A stretch of 64,000 nucleotides of DNA from Gemmatimonadales bacterium. Lineage in GTDB: Bacteria; Gemmatimonadota; Gemmatimonadetes; Gemmatimonadales; GWC2-71-9. Below the pieces are notes generated by a model. That model was not told the DNA's origin, ran no database searches, and saw nothing but the letters and a program-made list of their open reading frames with translations. Position numbers and translations under genes: made by a program. Shown piece after piece: positions 42,162-51,486 of this stretch (position 1 is its first letter; every line of letters begins with the position of its first letter). The DNA lies in the NCBI GenBank assembly GCA_041613315.1, contig JBFJHJ010000011.1, forward strand, positions 1 through 64,000. The letters run 5' to 3'.

Positions 42162-43361
42162 TCAACGCCGCGATGGCGGGGCGAGCGTTCGGATCACCGA
42201 CACCGCTTCGTCGATCTCGTCCTCCGTGTTGTAATAGTGCGGCGACAGCCGGACGGCCCACTCGACGTTCTTGTCCGCGTAGTCGATCACGGCGTACGCA
42301 CGCCGGCTGATCGCCGTGTTGATCCGCCGCTGGAGCAGCGCCGCGTGGAACGGCTCCGGCGCCCACCCCGAAACGGCGACCGTCACGATACCGCAGAGCT
42401 CGGGGCCCCGGTCCAGGACACGGAGCCCGGCCTCCCCGAGCCCCGCGCGAAGCCGGCCCGCCAGTCGCCCCACGCGCTCCCGGATCGCCCCCAGTCCGAC
42501 GCGCGCCGCGTAGCGCGCTGCTTCGCCCGTCCCCAGCACCAGCGCATACGCAAACTCCCACGTCTCGAACCGCGCCGCCGTCGAACGGCACGCATAGCTG
42601 TCGGGGCCCGTCCAGTCCGCTCCCTGCATGTCGATGAACAGCGGCTCCAGCTCGGACTCGAGGACACGGTCCGACACGTAGAGCACACCGGAGCCCCGTG
42701 GCCCGCGCAGGAACTTGCGAGCCGTCGCGGCGAGGAAGTCGCATCCGACGGCGTCCACCCGCACCGGGATCTGGCCCACGGACTGGCAGGCGTCGACGAG
42801 ATACCACACGCCGGCCTCGCGGCACGCCCGGCCGATCGCCTCGATCGGCTGCACCAACCCCGAGTTCGTGGGGACGTGCGTGACAGCGACCAGGCGCGGC
42901 ATCCGCTCGCGGATGAGACGCCCCATGGCGACCGGGTCCACGCCACCCTCGGGTGCGTCCGGCGCGCGCACGATCTCGATCCCGAATCGCCGCGCGAGCG
43001 ACAGGTACATGAGTTGATTCGAGATGTAGTCGTTCCGGGTGGTGAGGATGACGTCGCCCCGCCCCATGGGAACGGCGGAGAGCGCCTGCGCAACGGCGGC
43101 CGTCGCATGTTCGACGAACGCGACCTGTGTCGTCCCGCATCCGAGCAGGCTCGCCACGGCCTGATAGGCCGCTCGGATCGCCTCGCCCGCCTCCTCCGCG
43201 GCCTCGTATCCGCCGATCGCCTGCTCGCGCTCCAGGTGGCGGTGAACCACGGCCGACACGGGATCCGGCATGAGAGCGGCGCCCGCATTGTTGAGATGGA
43301 TGCGCTGGGCGACGCCCGGCGTCTCGGCGCGCAGCGCGCGCACCTGTCGGTCGGTCAGCAG
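42162..43361 (-). CDS. Class V PLP aminotransferase / cysteine desulfurase-like protein
   Basis: HLNNAG, DACQSVGQ, ATARKFLRGPRG, VRLSPHYYNT; start uncertain (CTG 43361 after GGAG, GTG 43343, or 43466). Confidence 0.85.
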   Translation of the reverse strand: MLTDRQVRALRAETPGVAQRIHLNNAGAALMPDPVSAVVHRHLEREQAIGGYEAAEEAGEAIRAAYQAVASLLGCGTTQVAFVEHATAAVAQALSAVPMGRGDVILTTRNDYISNQLMYLSLARRFGIEIVRAPDAPEGGVDPVAMGRLIRERMPRLVAVTHVPTNSGLVQPIEAIGRACREAGVWYLVDACQSVGQIPVRVDAVGCDFLAATARKFLRGPRGSGVLYVSDRVLESELEPLFIDMQGADWTGPDSYACRSTAARFETWEFAYALVLGTGEAARYAARVGLGAIRERVGRLAGRLRAGLGEAGLRVLDRGPELCGIVTVAVSGWAPEPFHAALLQRRINTAISRRAYAVIDYADKNVEWAVRLSPHYYNTEDEIDEAVSVIRTLAPPSRR

Positions 43362-43557
43362 CGGCTGTCTCCGTAGGGATTGGGGGGGGTCTGGCCGCGG
43401 TGCGCGACACCGGAGCCTACCGTGCGAGGCGGCGCACGTCCAGCCGTGTCCTGAAGGATCATTCACCCCATCCTCCGGCGTCGTTCATCGCCGGCGGCGT
43501 TCCATGAGGGCGCCGCCGGCGCCGGTGCCGGCGCACGACGCCACGGAGACGACGACG

Positions 43558-44043
43558 ATGCTCGAGCACACCTTCGCGCTGACGCTGACGGGGAAGTCCG
43601 ACTACGAGTTCTCGGTCGCGTTCGACGAAAACGGGCTGCCGCCGCTCACGATGGACGAGCCTCCGCCACTAGGCGACGGCCGAGGCCCCAACGCGGCGCG
43701 ACTGCTGGGAGCCGCGATCGGACACTGCTTGAGCGCGAGTTTGCTGTTCTGCCTGAAAAAGTCTCGGGTCGCGGTGTCCACGTTTCGCGCCACGGTCGAA
43801 GGGACGCTGGTCCGCAACGACGCCGGTCGCTTCAGGATCGGGCGGGTCCGCGTGACGCTGGCACCCGGCATTGTCGACGACCGCGAGCGCGTGGCCCGTT
43901 GCCTCGGCCTCTTCGAGGATTACTGCATCGTGACCGCGAGCGTGCGAGAGGGGATCGACGTGGAAGTTCGGGTGGAACCCACCGGTGGCGCGGCCACGGT
44001 CCCCTCCACACCCGGTGTGGAGGGGACCGCCGAGCTGCCGTAA
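43558..44043 (+). CDS. OsmC-family protein
   Basis: MDEPPPLGDGRGPNA, GHCLSAS, FEDYCIVTASV; GGAG SD. Confidence 0.85.
   Translation: MLEHTFALTLTGKSDYEFSVAFDENGLPPLTMDEPPPLGDGRGPNAARLLGAAIGHCLSASLLFCLKKSRVAVSTFRATVEGTLVRNDAGRFRIGRVRVTLAPGIVDDRERVARCLGLFEDYCIVTASVREGIDVEVRVEPTGGAATVPSTPGVEGTAELP
43997..44029. repeat. Perfect 15-bp inverted repeat (REP-like) inside the 3' end of the OsmC gene
   Basis: CGGTCCCCTCCACAC-CCG-GTGTGGAGGGGACCG. Confidence 0.8.
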
Positions 44044-44104
44044 GCTGTTTGCACGCGCCCGCGCCCGCCGTTCGGATGGCGTGCGGACGTTCGGGCTGGA
44101 ACCG

Positions 44105-44425
44105 TTAAGTCATCCGGGCGGTGGCGAAGAGGGCCTTGAGCGCGACGACCAGGACGGCTGGGGCGAGGAACACGACCAGATTCGCCACCACACTCGTGAC
44201 CATCCCCCCGACGAATGGCACCGCCTGAACGGCTGTCGCCGAGAGCATGAGACCGATCGCGGCAAGCAGGAAGCTTTGCGTTTCCGGACCCTTCACGTTC
44301 ATGAACCCCACGATGAGGCCCAGCACCGCCAGGACCCACACGAACCACGTCTGTTCGAGTCCCAGGCCGCCGAGTACGGCGATCGCCAGCCCGCCGATAA
44401 AGGCCCATTTCCCGAGATTCGCCAC
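44105..44425 (-). CDS. Small hypothetical membrane protein (4 TM)
   Basis: AGGAGG SD, GTG start, four hydrophobic helices; promoter-like TAGGTTTG at 44479-44472. Confidence 0.8.
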   Translation of the reverse strand: MANLGKWAFIGGLAIAVLGGLGLEQTWFVWVLAVLGLIVGFMNVKGPETQSFLLAAIGLMLSATAVQAVPFVGGMVTSVVANLVVFLAPAVLVVALKALFATARMT

Positions 44426-44547
44426 GTGTCCTCCTGGTAGGAGTGAGGGAGAGCGGGCGCACAGCCTGAGGCAAACCTACGTTTCAGCTCGCAACGCGCA
44501 ACCTCGGGCGCGTCGTGGCGGCCGAGGGCGGTTGCGGCTGGATCCGC

Positions 44548-45531
44548 TCACACCTCGCCGCCGACGACCCGAGCGAGGGTCGCCTGATCGATGTTACCGC
44601 CCGTCAAGATCACGGCCACCGAGCGGCCGGCGAGCCGGTCCCGCAGCTTGAGCAGGCCGGCGAGCCCCGCCGCGGCCGCTCCCTCGACGAGGTTGTGCGT
44701 GGTGCGAAGCAGCAGCCGCAAGGCTTCGGCGATCTCGGCGTCGGTCACGGTGATGAAGTCGGTGAGCCCCTCGCACAGCGCCGGGAAGGTGAGGGCGTAC
44801 ACGTCGCGCGTGGCGATGCCGTCCGCGAACGTATCGGCGCGCTCGCCGCGCACGGGCTGCCGGGCGTGCCATGATCGCTGCATCGCCGCCGCTCCCTCCG
44901 CCTGCACACCGAAGACGCGGGTCTCCGGCCGGAGTGCCCGGAGGACCGTGAGGGCGCCGACGGCCTGCGATCCCCCGCCGATGGCTATCACGATCGCGTC
45001 GAGGTCCGGCGCGTCCTCCACGATCTCGAGCGTGATGGTTCCGGCGCCGGCGAGGATGAATCGGTTGTTCGTCCCATGGAGCAGCGTGAGCCCGCGCTCC
45101 TGCATCAGCCGCTCCGCGGCCGCGAGCGACTCATCGTAGTCGCGACCCGCCTCCATCAGCTTGGCCCCGAACCCGCGCATGGCCTCGTTCTTCTCGGGAT
45201 TGTTGTCCCGTGGCACCACGACGGTCACAGGCACCCCCAGAAGCCGCCCCGCGTAGGCGACGCCCTGACCGTGATTGCCCCGCGTCGCCGTCACCACGCC
45301 GCGGCGGCGTTCGTCGTCCGCCAGGGCGCTGACGGCCGCGAGCCCGTTGCGCACCTTGAACGAGTTCGTAGGGTTGTGGTTTTCGTGCTTGACGAGCACG
45401 CGGATACCGCCTCCCACGGCGGCATCGAGCGGCGCGTAGGTGCGCAGGGGGGTCCGCTGCAGGTAGGGCTGCAGGCGCTCCCGCGCCGCACGGATATCCG
45501 CGAGTTCGATCGGCCAGATCTGATCGGGCAT
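44548..45531 (-). CDS. Threonine/serine dehydratase-like PLP enzyme (fold type II)
   Basis: KHENHNPTNSFKVRN, ATRGNHG, IGGGS, TGGNID. Confidence 0.88.
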   Translation of the reverse strand: MPDQIWPIELADIRAARERLQPYLQRTPLRTYAPLDAAVGGGIRVLVKHENHNPTNSFKVRNGLAAVSALADDERRRGVVTATRGNHGQGVAYAGRLLGVPVTVVVPRDNNPEKNEAMRGFGAKLMEAGRDYDESLAAAERLMQERGLTLLHGTNNRFILAGAGTITLEIVEDAPDLDAIVIAIGGGSQAVGALTVLRALRPETRVFGVQAEGAAAMQRSWHARQPVRGERADTFADGIATRDVYALTFPALCEGLTDFITVTDAEIAEALRLLLRTTHNLVEGAAAAGLAGLLKLRDRLAGRSVAVILTGGNIDQATLARVVGGEV

Positions 45532-45600
45532 GCTAGCGGTCCCTGCCGCGACGACGCGGGTGTCGCGGCGCACCGGGAGGCGTCGCGCACGGGCGCCCCA

Positions 45601-46719
45601 TCAGCGGCGCACCTCGAGGTGGACCGCGGCACGGAACCCGCGGAATCCGACGCGGGAGCCCGCCTGCACCACGAACCCGCTCACTCCGCTGCCCTGCACC
45701 ACGACGGCGGCCTGCGGACCAACCTCGGCGCGTACATCGGTGCCGAACCGGAGCGACCGCCCGGCGAGGACGAGGTCGCCCGCGTCCTCGACCCACGAAC
45801 TGCGAAACTCCGCGAGCGGGGCGAGCGACACGCGCGACCCTGCGGGGAAGGCCACGCGGAGCCCGGCGCCGGCCAAATTGCCTCGCGGCAGCACCGCGGC
45901 GCCCAGCGTGGTTGGTTCGACCTGGGGATCGGTTCGAAGGGCGTCGAACGCATACGCCACGAGCCTCGCGCTCCCGATTCCCTGGTCCACCGACAGGTAG
46001 CCGACGAACCGGTTGCCCACGCCGTTCTGCGTCGTCCCGGCCACTTCAGCCTTCGCACGATGCGCGAACATCCCCGCGGCCCGCACATAGGTGCGTCGCG
46101 CCAGCGGCCCTTCGGCGCCGACGCGCACCCGCGTATCCGCGCCCGGTCTCAGTTCGCCCGGCTCCTCCACGACGGGTCGGTAGCCCAGCGGCTGCCGCAC
46201 GGTTCCCCCGACCCCCAGCGCCCACTCCCCTATCGGGAATGCGGCGGCGAACCCGGCACCCACGTTGCCGCCGTTGCCCACGCTCGAGGTCGCGAACCCG
46301 ATCAGGTCGCTCGAGATCGCACCCAGGATGCTCAACTCCTCACGCTCGACGGTCTCGACGCCGGAGGGGATGACGCCGGTGGCAAAGACGATCAGGCGCC
46401 CGGGCACGGCGTCGAGTGAGAGCCGCGCCTCCGTGTCGAGGGCACCAGCGATCCGCTGATGCGGCAGTAACTGGGGGTCGGCCGAGCGGAGGTCCACCCA
46501 CACGTAGCCGCCAGCGAGCGCGAAGCTCGCGCGCCGGCCGAGGCCCACGCTGACCCCCACCGGCACCGTGACCTCGGTGACGCGGTCGAGGACGAGCCCG
46601 CGCTTGAAGCGATAGCTCTCGATGAACACCGCCGAGCTGGCCTCCATCGTCTGGGCGGCCAACTCGCCCCCACCGAGGGCTGCCGCGAGGAGCGTGCCGG
46701 CGAGTTTCGCCCGCGTCAT
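45601..46719 (-). CDS. Outer-membrane beta-barrel-like protein
   Basis: Signal ending LAA-Q, many amphipathic strands, C-terminal FRAAVHLEV. Confidence 0.65.
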   Translation of the reverse strand: MTRAKLAGTLLAAALGGGELAAQTMEASSAVFIESYRFKRGLVLDRVTEVTVPVGVSVGLGRRASFALAGGYVWVDLRSADPQLLPHQRIAGALDTEARLSLDAVPGRLIVFATGVIPSGVETVEREELSILGAISSDLIGFATSSVGNGGNVGAGFAAAFPIGEWALGVGGTVRQPLGYRPVVEEPGELRPGADTRVRVGAEGPLARRTYVRAAGMFAHRAKAEVAGTTQNGVGNRFVGYLSVDQGIGSARLVAYAFDALRTDPQVEPTTLGAAVLPRGNLAGAGLRVAFPAGSRVSLAPLAEFRSSWVEDAGDLVLAGRSLRFGTDVRAEVGPQAAVVVQGSGVSGFVVQAGSRVGFRGFRAAVHLEVRR

Positions 46720-48035
46720 GGGAGTCGCAGCAGCAGGCGCAGGGTGCCGGTCGCGGTGTCACCCGCCCCCACGCTCACGATCGTGGGCGGCGGCAGCGCC
46801 GTCGTCGAGCCCGTCGCCCGCCGCGTGGTCTCCGCGAGCATGGTGGGGGCAGTGAGTTCCGCGAGGGTCGGAGCGAGATCGCCCACGGTCGCGCCGATGG
46901 CGCCGACCATGGCGGCGCGAACGGGAGCCGCGACGGTGATCGCGGCTACCGCGGTCACGCGCGTCGCGGGGATCCGCAAGACCTCCGGCATCGCCGCAGT
47001 CGCCTCGTACCGCACCCGCGCCGCCTCGAAGGTCGGATCGTCAGCGACGGCACGGCGGTAGAACGCCGCGGCGCCGCTCCACTCACCGCGGTCTTCGGCG
47101 TCGAGCCCGCGCGAATACGCGAGAAACGCGGCGAGGTTCTGCGTCCCGTTCTCCAACACGCGACGCCGTTCCGCTTCGGAGAGCACGTATCCGAGGTGGG
47201 CCGCGAGCTCGACCACCAGCTCCTTCTCCAACCGCAGCAGCTCCCGAAACCGCCCGGTCGCCACCGCCGGTTCGGTGACGGTGCCGTCGGCGCGCACGAC
47301 GCTCGCCTCGAGCCGGACGACGTCATCAGGCGGGAGCGCCGCGAGACCCTGCACCATCCGCCCGGCCCGCAGCAGACGCCCTGCGCGCGCCGCAGTCGCA
47401 GGGTCCACCCGTCCGGTCTCGGCCAGGTGGATCTCGTCCAACAGCGCGCCCACCTGGAGCCGTTCCACCAACCGGAACTGCTGGAGCAGCGCGAGGTCGG
47501 AGACGAGCATCTGCGCCAGCCCCCGCCCCAGGGGCCGGTGACCACTGTCCCCGCTCACGATGTCGAGCGGCAGCACCGCCACGGTGCGCGGGTCCGCGGT
47601 GTCACTCGTGAGCTCGGTTTCACGGGCGAGAGCGGCCCGGGCGTGCTCCACGGCGCGGGCCCGAAGCGCCAGCACTTCGCGGGCCCGGACCGCGGGAGCG
47701 CCCGGGCGCTCATCGTACGCCGCGAGATACTCTCGATAGATCGCGACCGCCTCGTCGTATCGACCGGCCCGCTCGTAGCATTGCCCCAGGACCAGCGGAC
47801 CGAGTGCCATGGCCGGGGCGTGGGCGCGGCCTCGACGAGCAACGCCCTGGGCGCTGTCGCAGCGGTGGGCGGCAAACAGGGCAGCGGCGTAGCGCAGCAG
47901 CACGCCGGCATGCTCGGGCTCCCGAGCCAGGCGCGCTTCGAGGTCGGGGATCTCGGCCGGCGATACATCGGCCATCCGCCCCGCGGCGCACGCGCTGCCG
48001 ACGAGGGCCGCGCCGACGAGCAGCAGCGGCCGCAC
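46716..48035 (-). CDS. TPR lipoprotein with CsgG/HfaB/FlgO-like domain
   Basis: Lipobox GSAC; TPRs; TVAVLPL...LVER...GRLLRAGRMVQG; start may be 48092. Confidence 0.7.
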   Translation of the reverse strand: MRPLLLVGAALVGSACAAGRMADVSPAEIPDLEARLAREPEHAGVLLRYAAALFAAHRCDSAQGVARRGRAHAPAMALGPLVLGQCYERAGRYDEAVAIYREYLAAYDERPGAPAVRAREVLALRARAVEHARAALARETELTSDTADPRTVAVLPLDIVSGDSGHRPLGRGLAQMLVSDLALLQQFRLVERLQVGALLDEIHLAETGRVDPATAARAGRLLRAGRMVQGLAALPPDDVVRLEASVVRADGTVTEPAVATGRFRELLRLEKELVVELAAHLGYVLSEAERRRVLENGTQNLAAFLAYSRGLDAEDRGEWSGAAAFYRRAVADDPTFEAARVRYEATAAMPEVLRIPATRVTAVAAITVAAPVRAAMVGAIGATVGDLAPTLAELTAPTMLAETTRRATGSTTALPPPTIVSVGAGDTATGTLRLLLRLP

Positions 48036-48298
48036 GCGGTGCCGGGCGGCACGCGCGGCGAGCGAGACGACGGTAGGCTCCACCCTCAGCACGAGCTGCC
48101 GCGCTCTGATGCGGGGCGGGAAGTTGCCGCCCGCGGCGGGGGCGCGGCAAAGACGAGCGCCGTAGCATCGGGGTCGCCCACCGGTGCGGGGGACGAGCTC
48201 ACGTCGTGGTCGCCCGCCCCGCGCTGCGCTTGACCCGAGGATCGCGGCGTGGGAGGCATCGAGGGAAGTGAGACCCGAGGAACCGGCGGCGGTGCCGC

Positions 48299-48490
48299 TC
48301 AGTCCTTCTGCTGCAGCATGCTGCGCATGCGGCGGGACAGTGCCTCGATCTCGCGGAGCCCCGTGACGGTCTCTTCGTCGAGGGCATCAGCCCGCATCAG
48401 CATGAGTTGCGTCTCCGCAAGGATCGCGGACAGCGGGTTGGACAGGTCGTGGCGCAGCTTTCGCATTCGTTGTTCAGCGCTCTCCGTCAT
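48299..48490 (-). CDS. Stand-alone HisKA (DHp) domain protein
   Basis: RKLRHDLSNPLSAILAETQL H-box plus second helix; ATGA overlap with upstream gene. Confidence 0.75.
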   Translation of the reverse strand: MTESAEQRMRKLRHDLSNPLSAILAETQLMLMRADALDEETVTGLREIEALSRRMRSMLQQKD

Positions 48491-48774
48491 TCGGACACCG
48501 ACCGATACAGGTCGCGAAGGTGGTGATCGCGCAGACCATAGACGCACTCCCACAGATCGGTCTCGGTGCCGGCGCAGAAGATATCCGCGGTCGAGACCCC
48601 GCCGTCCCCTTCAGCGGGACCGAACAGCAGCCTCCCGCGCCAGTATCCGTCGTCGGTGCGTCGCAGCTCCAGCCGCAGCGCGATCACCTCTTCGCCGTAC
48701 CGCAGCGGCGGGAGTTCGTGCTGGACCGGATCGTTCGGGTTATGAGGGCCGTAGCGAACCGGCGTTCCCGGCAT
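48487..48774 (-). CDS. Hypothetical protein
   Basis: 95-aa ORF with DGYWRGRLLF, STADIF, LRDLYRS; coupled to HisKA gene; upstream promoter. Confidence 0.7.
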   Translation of the reverse strand: MPGTPVRYGPHNPNDPVQHELPPLRYGEEVIALRLELRRTDDGYWRGRLLFGPAEGDGGVSTADIFCAGTETDLWECVYGLRDHHLRDLYRSVSE

Positions 48775-48797
48775 GCACCGCAGCCTGTGGGTTTGCG

Positions 48798-48828
48798 CAA
48801 ATATAAAAGGCTCCTACACTTGGGCAAA
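48798..48828 (-). promoter_or_regulatory. Bacteroidota-type -33/-7 promoter
   Basis: TTTG-N19-TATATTTG. Confidence 0.55.
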
Positions 48829-48896
48829 TGACGGCATAGCGCGCAACACGACGCATGACTCCCAAGAGAGGCCGACGCCGGTGTCCCGTGCTGCGC

Positions 48897-50063
48897 TTAC
48901 ATGGAGTAGATGGGAACCGGCGTAAAGGTGACGGCGAAGAGCGCGAGGGTCGCCCACGCGAGGACACGGCGGTCGCGGGGGAGCGGCCGGTGCCGGTCGA
49001 GGACCTCGGGATGGGCGATGCGGCCGCGTCCCAAGACGAGGATCAGCACGGCCCACACCCACCACCAGAGCGCCTCCCAAGCGTACGGCGGGAACCACTG
49101 CCAATAGGCGATGCCCAACACGATCATCATCCACCAGGTCGCCACCCCCCACTGTGCCTGGCGCCGCCCCGCCAGCGCGTAGAGCACATGCCCGCCGTCG
49201 AGCTGCGCCAGCGGCAAGAGGTTCAACATCGTGACGAAGAGACCGAGCCATCCGGCGAGCGCGAGCGGGTGGAGCAGCACCATGCCGTCGCCGACCAGGA
49301 GATGTCGCGCGACGTACATGAGCGGCGAGTCGCCCAGCCGAATCTGGCCATACGGCAGCACGACCAGCTGGCCGCCGCCGCCGCCGTCACCAGGCAGGAT
49401 CTGTGAGCGGAGCAGTCCTACGACCAGGGCCACGAGTGCCACGGCGAACCCGGCCCAGGGCCCCGCGGCCCCGACGTCGAGCAGTTGGCGGCGGTCCACG
49501 ATCGGGCTGCGGAGCCGAATGAACGCCCCGAAGGTCCCGATCCAGTTCACGGCGGGTGGCGCCGGGAGGAAGTAGGGCGGCGACGCGTTGATTCCATAGC
49601 GTCGAGCCACCAGGAAGTGTCCCGACTCGTGGGCGAGGAGAATCGCCATCAGCGCCATCGCGAAGTCGAGGGCCGGGCTGGGCGAGAAGAGATCGCTGGC
49701 GAACCGGCTCACCAGATCGGACAGCAGCGTGAGATCGCCGGTGAGCGAGTACGGGAATCCCTGCGGCACGGGGGCCCCGGCGAACAGGGCCCCACCCATC
49801 CACACGGTGATGAACGTGATCAGGAACAGGAGCGCATGGAGCCACCAGCGCTCTCGGTCGGGCGCCGCGAGGACGCGGATCAGCACGAGCCGACCTGCCC
49901 CGTCGTCCGGGGTCCAATAGTGCGGGCCTGGCCACGCGTCGAGCGCGGCGGCCAATTCCGGGGAGGGCGCGCGGTGCTCGGGCCGCACCATTGCATCCAC
50001 GATCTCGCGGTCGCGGACGACGGTTGTCCGCCACCAGAGGAAATACGGTGCCAGCGGATTCAC
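48897..50063 (-). CDS. Site-2 protease (M50 family)
   Basis: AHESGH, IGTFGAFIR, AGP, NLLPLAQLDGGH. Confidence 0.92.
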   Translation of the reverse strand: MNPLAPYFLWWRTTVVRDREIVDAMVRPEHRAPSPELAAALDAWPGPHYWTPDDGAGRLVLIRVLAAPDRERWWLHALLFLITFITVWMGGALFAGAPVPQGFPYSLTGDLTLLSDLVSRFASDLFSPSPALDFAMALMAILLAHESGHFLVARRYGINASPPYFLPAPPAVNWIGTFGAFIRLRSPIVDRRQLLDVGAAGPWAGFAVALVALVVGLLRSQILPGDGGGGGQLVVLPYGQIRLGDSPLMYVARHLLVGDGMVLLHPLALAGWLGLFVTMLNLLPLAQLDGGHVLYALAGRRQAQWGVATWWMMIVLGIAYWQWFPPYAWEALWWWVWAVLILVLGRGRIAHPEVLDRHRPLPRDRRVLAWATLALFAVTFTPVPIYSM

Positions 50064-50068
50064 GGCTC

Positions 50069-50097
50069 TTGACGCCTCCCAGGGACGGGGGTATGAT
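50069..50097 (+). promoter_or_regulatory. rho promoter
   Basis: TTGACG-N17-TATGAT. Confidence 0.7.
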
Positions 50098-50235
50098 TAT
50101 GCACCTTCACATCTGAACCCCCGAACAGACCCTCGATTCACGGCGTCATTCCGAGGCAGCCGCCCGGGCCGACGACCTTACGGTCGGACTTCGGATTGCG
50201 GTACCAACCCCTCCCCCTGATGGAGCCCCAAGCAC

Positions 50236-51486
50236 GTGGACATCGCTGAACTCAAGAAGAAATCGGTCGCGGAACTCCACGCGATGGCCGAAGAGTTGAA
50301 CATCACCAACTACTCCGGCCTCCGCAAGCAGGATCTCATCTTCCGCATCGAGCAGTCATTGCTCGATTCCGACACCGTCCTCCGCGGCGAGGGCGTGCTG
50401 GAGATCTTGCCCGAGGGTTACGGCTTCCTGCGCAGCCAGGACTGGAACTACCTCTACGGCCCAGACGACATCTACGTCAGTCCCAGCCAGATCAAGCGGT
50501 TCGATCTTCGAACCGGCGACACGGTGCTGGGCCAGGTGCGACCGCCCAAGGAAGGGGAGCGGTATCTCGCCCTCCTCAAGGTCGAGCGCGTCAACTTCGA
50601 CGACCCAGAGAAGGCGAAGCACCGGATCGCGTTCGACAACCTGCGGCCGCGCTACCCCGACCGCCGGATTCGCCTCGAGCGCAAGGACGCCGACCTTTCG
50701 ATGCGTGTGATGGATGTGCTCACGCCCGTCGGGTTCGGCCAGCGGGGCTTGATCGTGTCGCCGCCCAAGGCGGGCAAGACGATCCTCCTGCAGAAGATCG
50801 CCAACTCCATCACCGAGAATCATCCCGAGGCGGTGCTGATCGTCTTGCTCATCGACGAGCGCCCCGAGGAGGTGACGGACATGGAGGAGCAAGTCCAGGG
50901 CGAGGTGATCTCCTCCACGTTCGACGAGCCCGCGGATCGCCACGTCCAGGTCGCCGACATGGTGATCGAGAAGGCCAAGCGTCTCGTCGAGAACGAGCGC
51001 GACGTGATCATCCTCCTGGACTCGATCACCCGGCTCGCCCGGGCGCACAACGTGGTCATCCCGCACTCCGGGAAGATCCTCTCGGGCGGCGTGGACGCGA
51101 ACGCCTTGCAGAAACCGAAACGCTTCTTCGGCGCGGCGCGGAACATCGAGGGGGGCGGGTCCCTCACGATCGTCGCGACCGCCCTCATCGAGACGGGCAG
51201 CCGGATGGACGAGGTCATCTTCGAGGAGTTCAAGGGCACCGGCAACATGGAGCTCGTGCTCGACCGCCGCATCGCGGACCGGCGGATCTACCCCGCGATC
51301 GAGGTGCAGCGGAGCTCGACGCGGAAGGAAGAGCTTCTCCTGGACAAGGACGAGCTCAACAAGATCTACCTCCTCCGCAACTTCCTCGCGGACATGCCGC
51401 CCGTCGAGGCGATCGAGTTTCTGCTCGAGCGGATGAAACGCACGAAGAACAACAAGGAGTTCTTCGGAACGATGCAGCAGGGATGA
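50236..51486 (+). CDS. rho: Transcription termination factor Rho
   Basis: [39 protein letters not shown]. Confidence 0.98.
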   Translation: MDIAELKKKSVAELHAMAEELNITNYSGLRKQDLIFRIEQSLLDSDTVLRGEGVLEILPEGYGFLRSQDWNYLYGPDDIYVSPSQIKRFDLRTGDTVLGQVRPPKEGERYLALLKVERVNFDDPEKAKHRIAFDNLRPRYPDRRIRLERKDADLSMRVMDVLTPVGFGQRGLIVSPPKAGKTILLQKIANSITENHPEAVLIVLLIDERPEEVTDMEEQVQGEVISSTFDEPADRHVQVADMVIEKAKRLVENERDVIILLDSITRLARAHNVVIPHSGKILSGGVDANALQKPKRFFGAARNIEGGGSLTIVATALIETGSRMDEVIFEEFKGTGNMELVLDRRIADRRIYPAIEVQRSSTRKEELLLDKDELNKIYLLRNFLADMPPVEAIEFLLERMKRTKNNKEFFGTMQQG

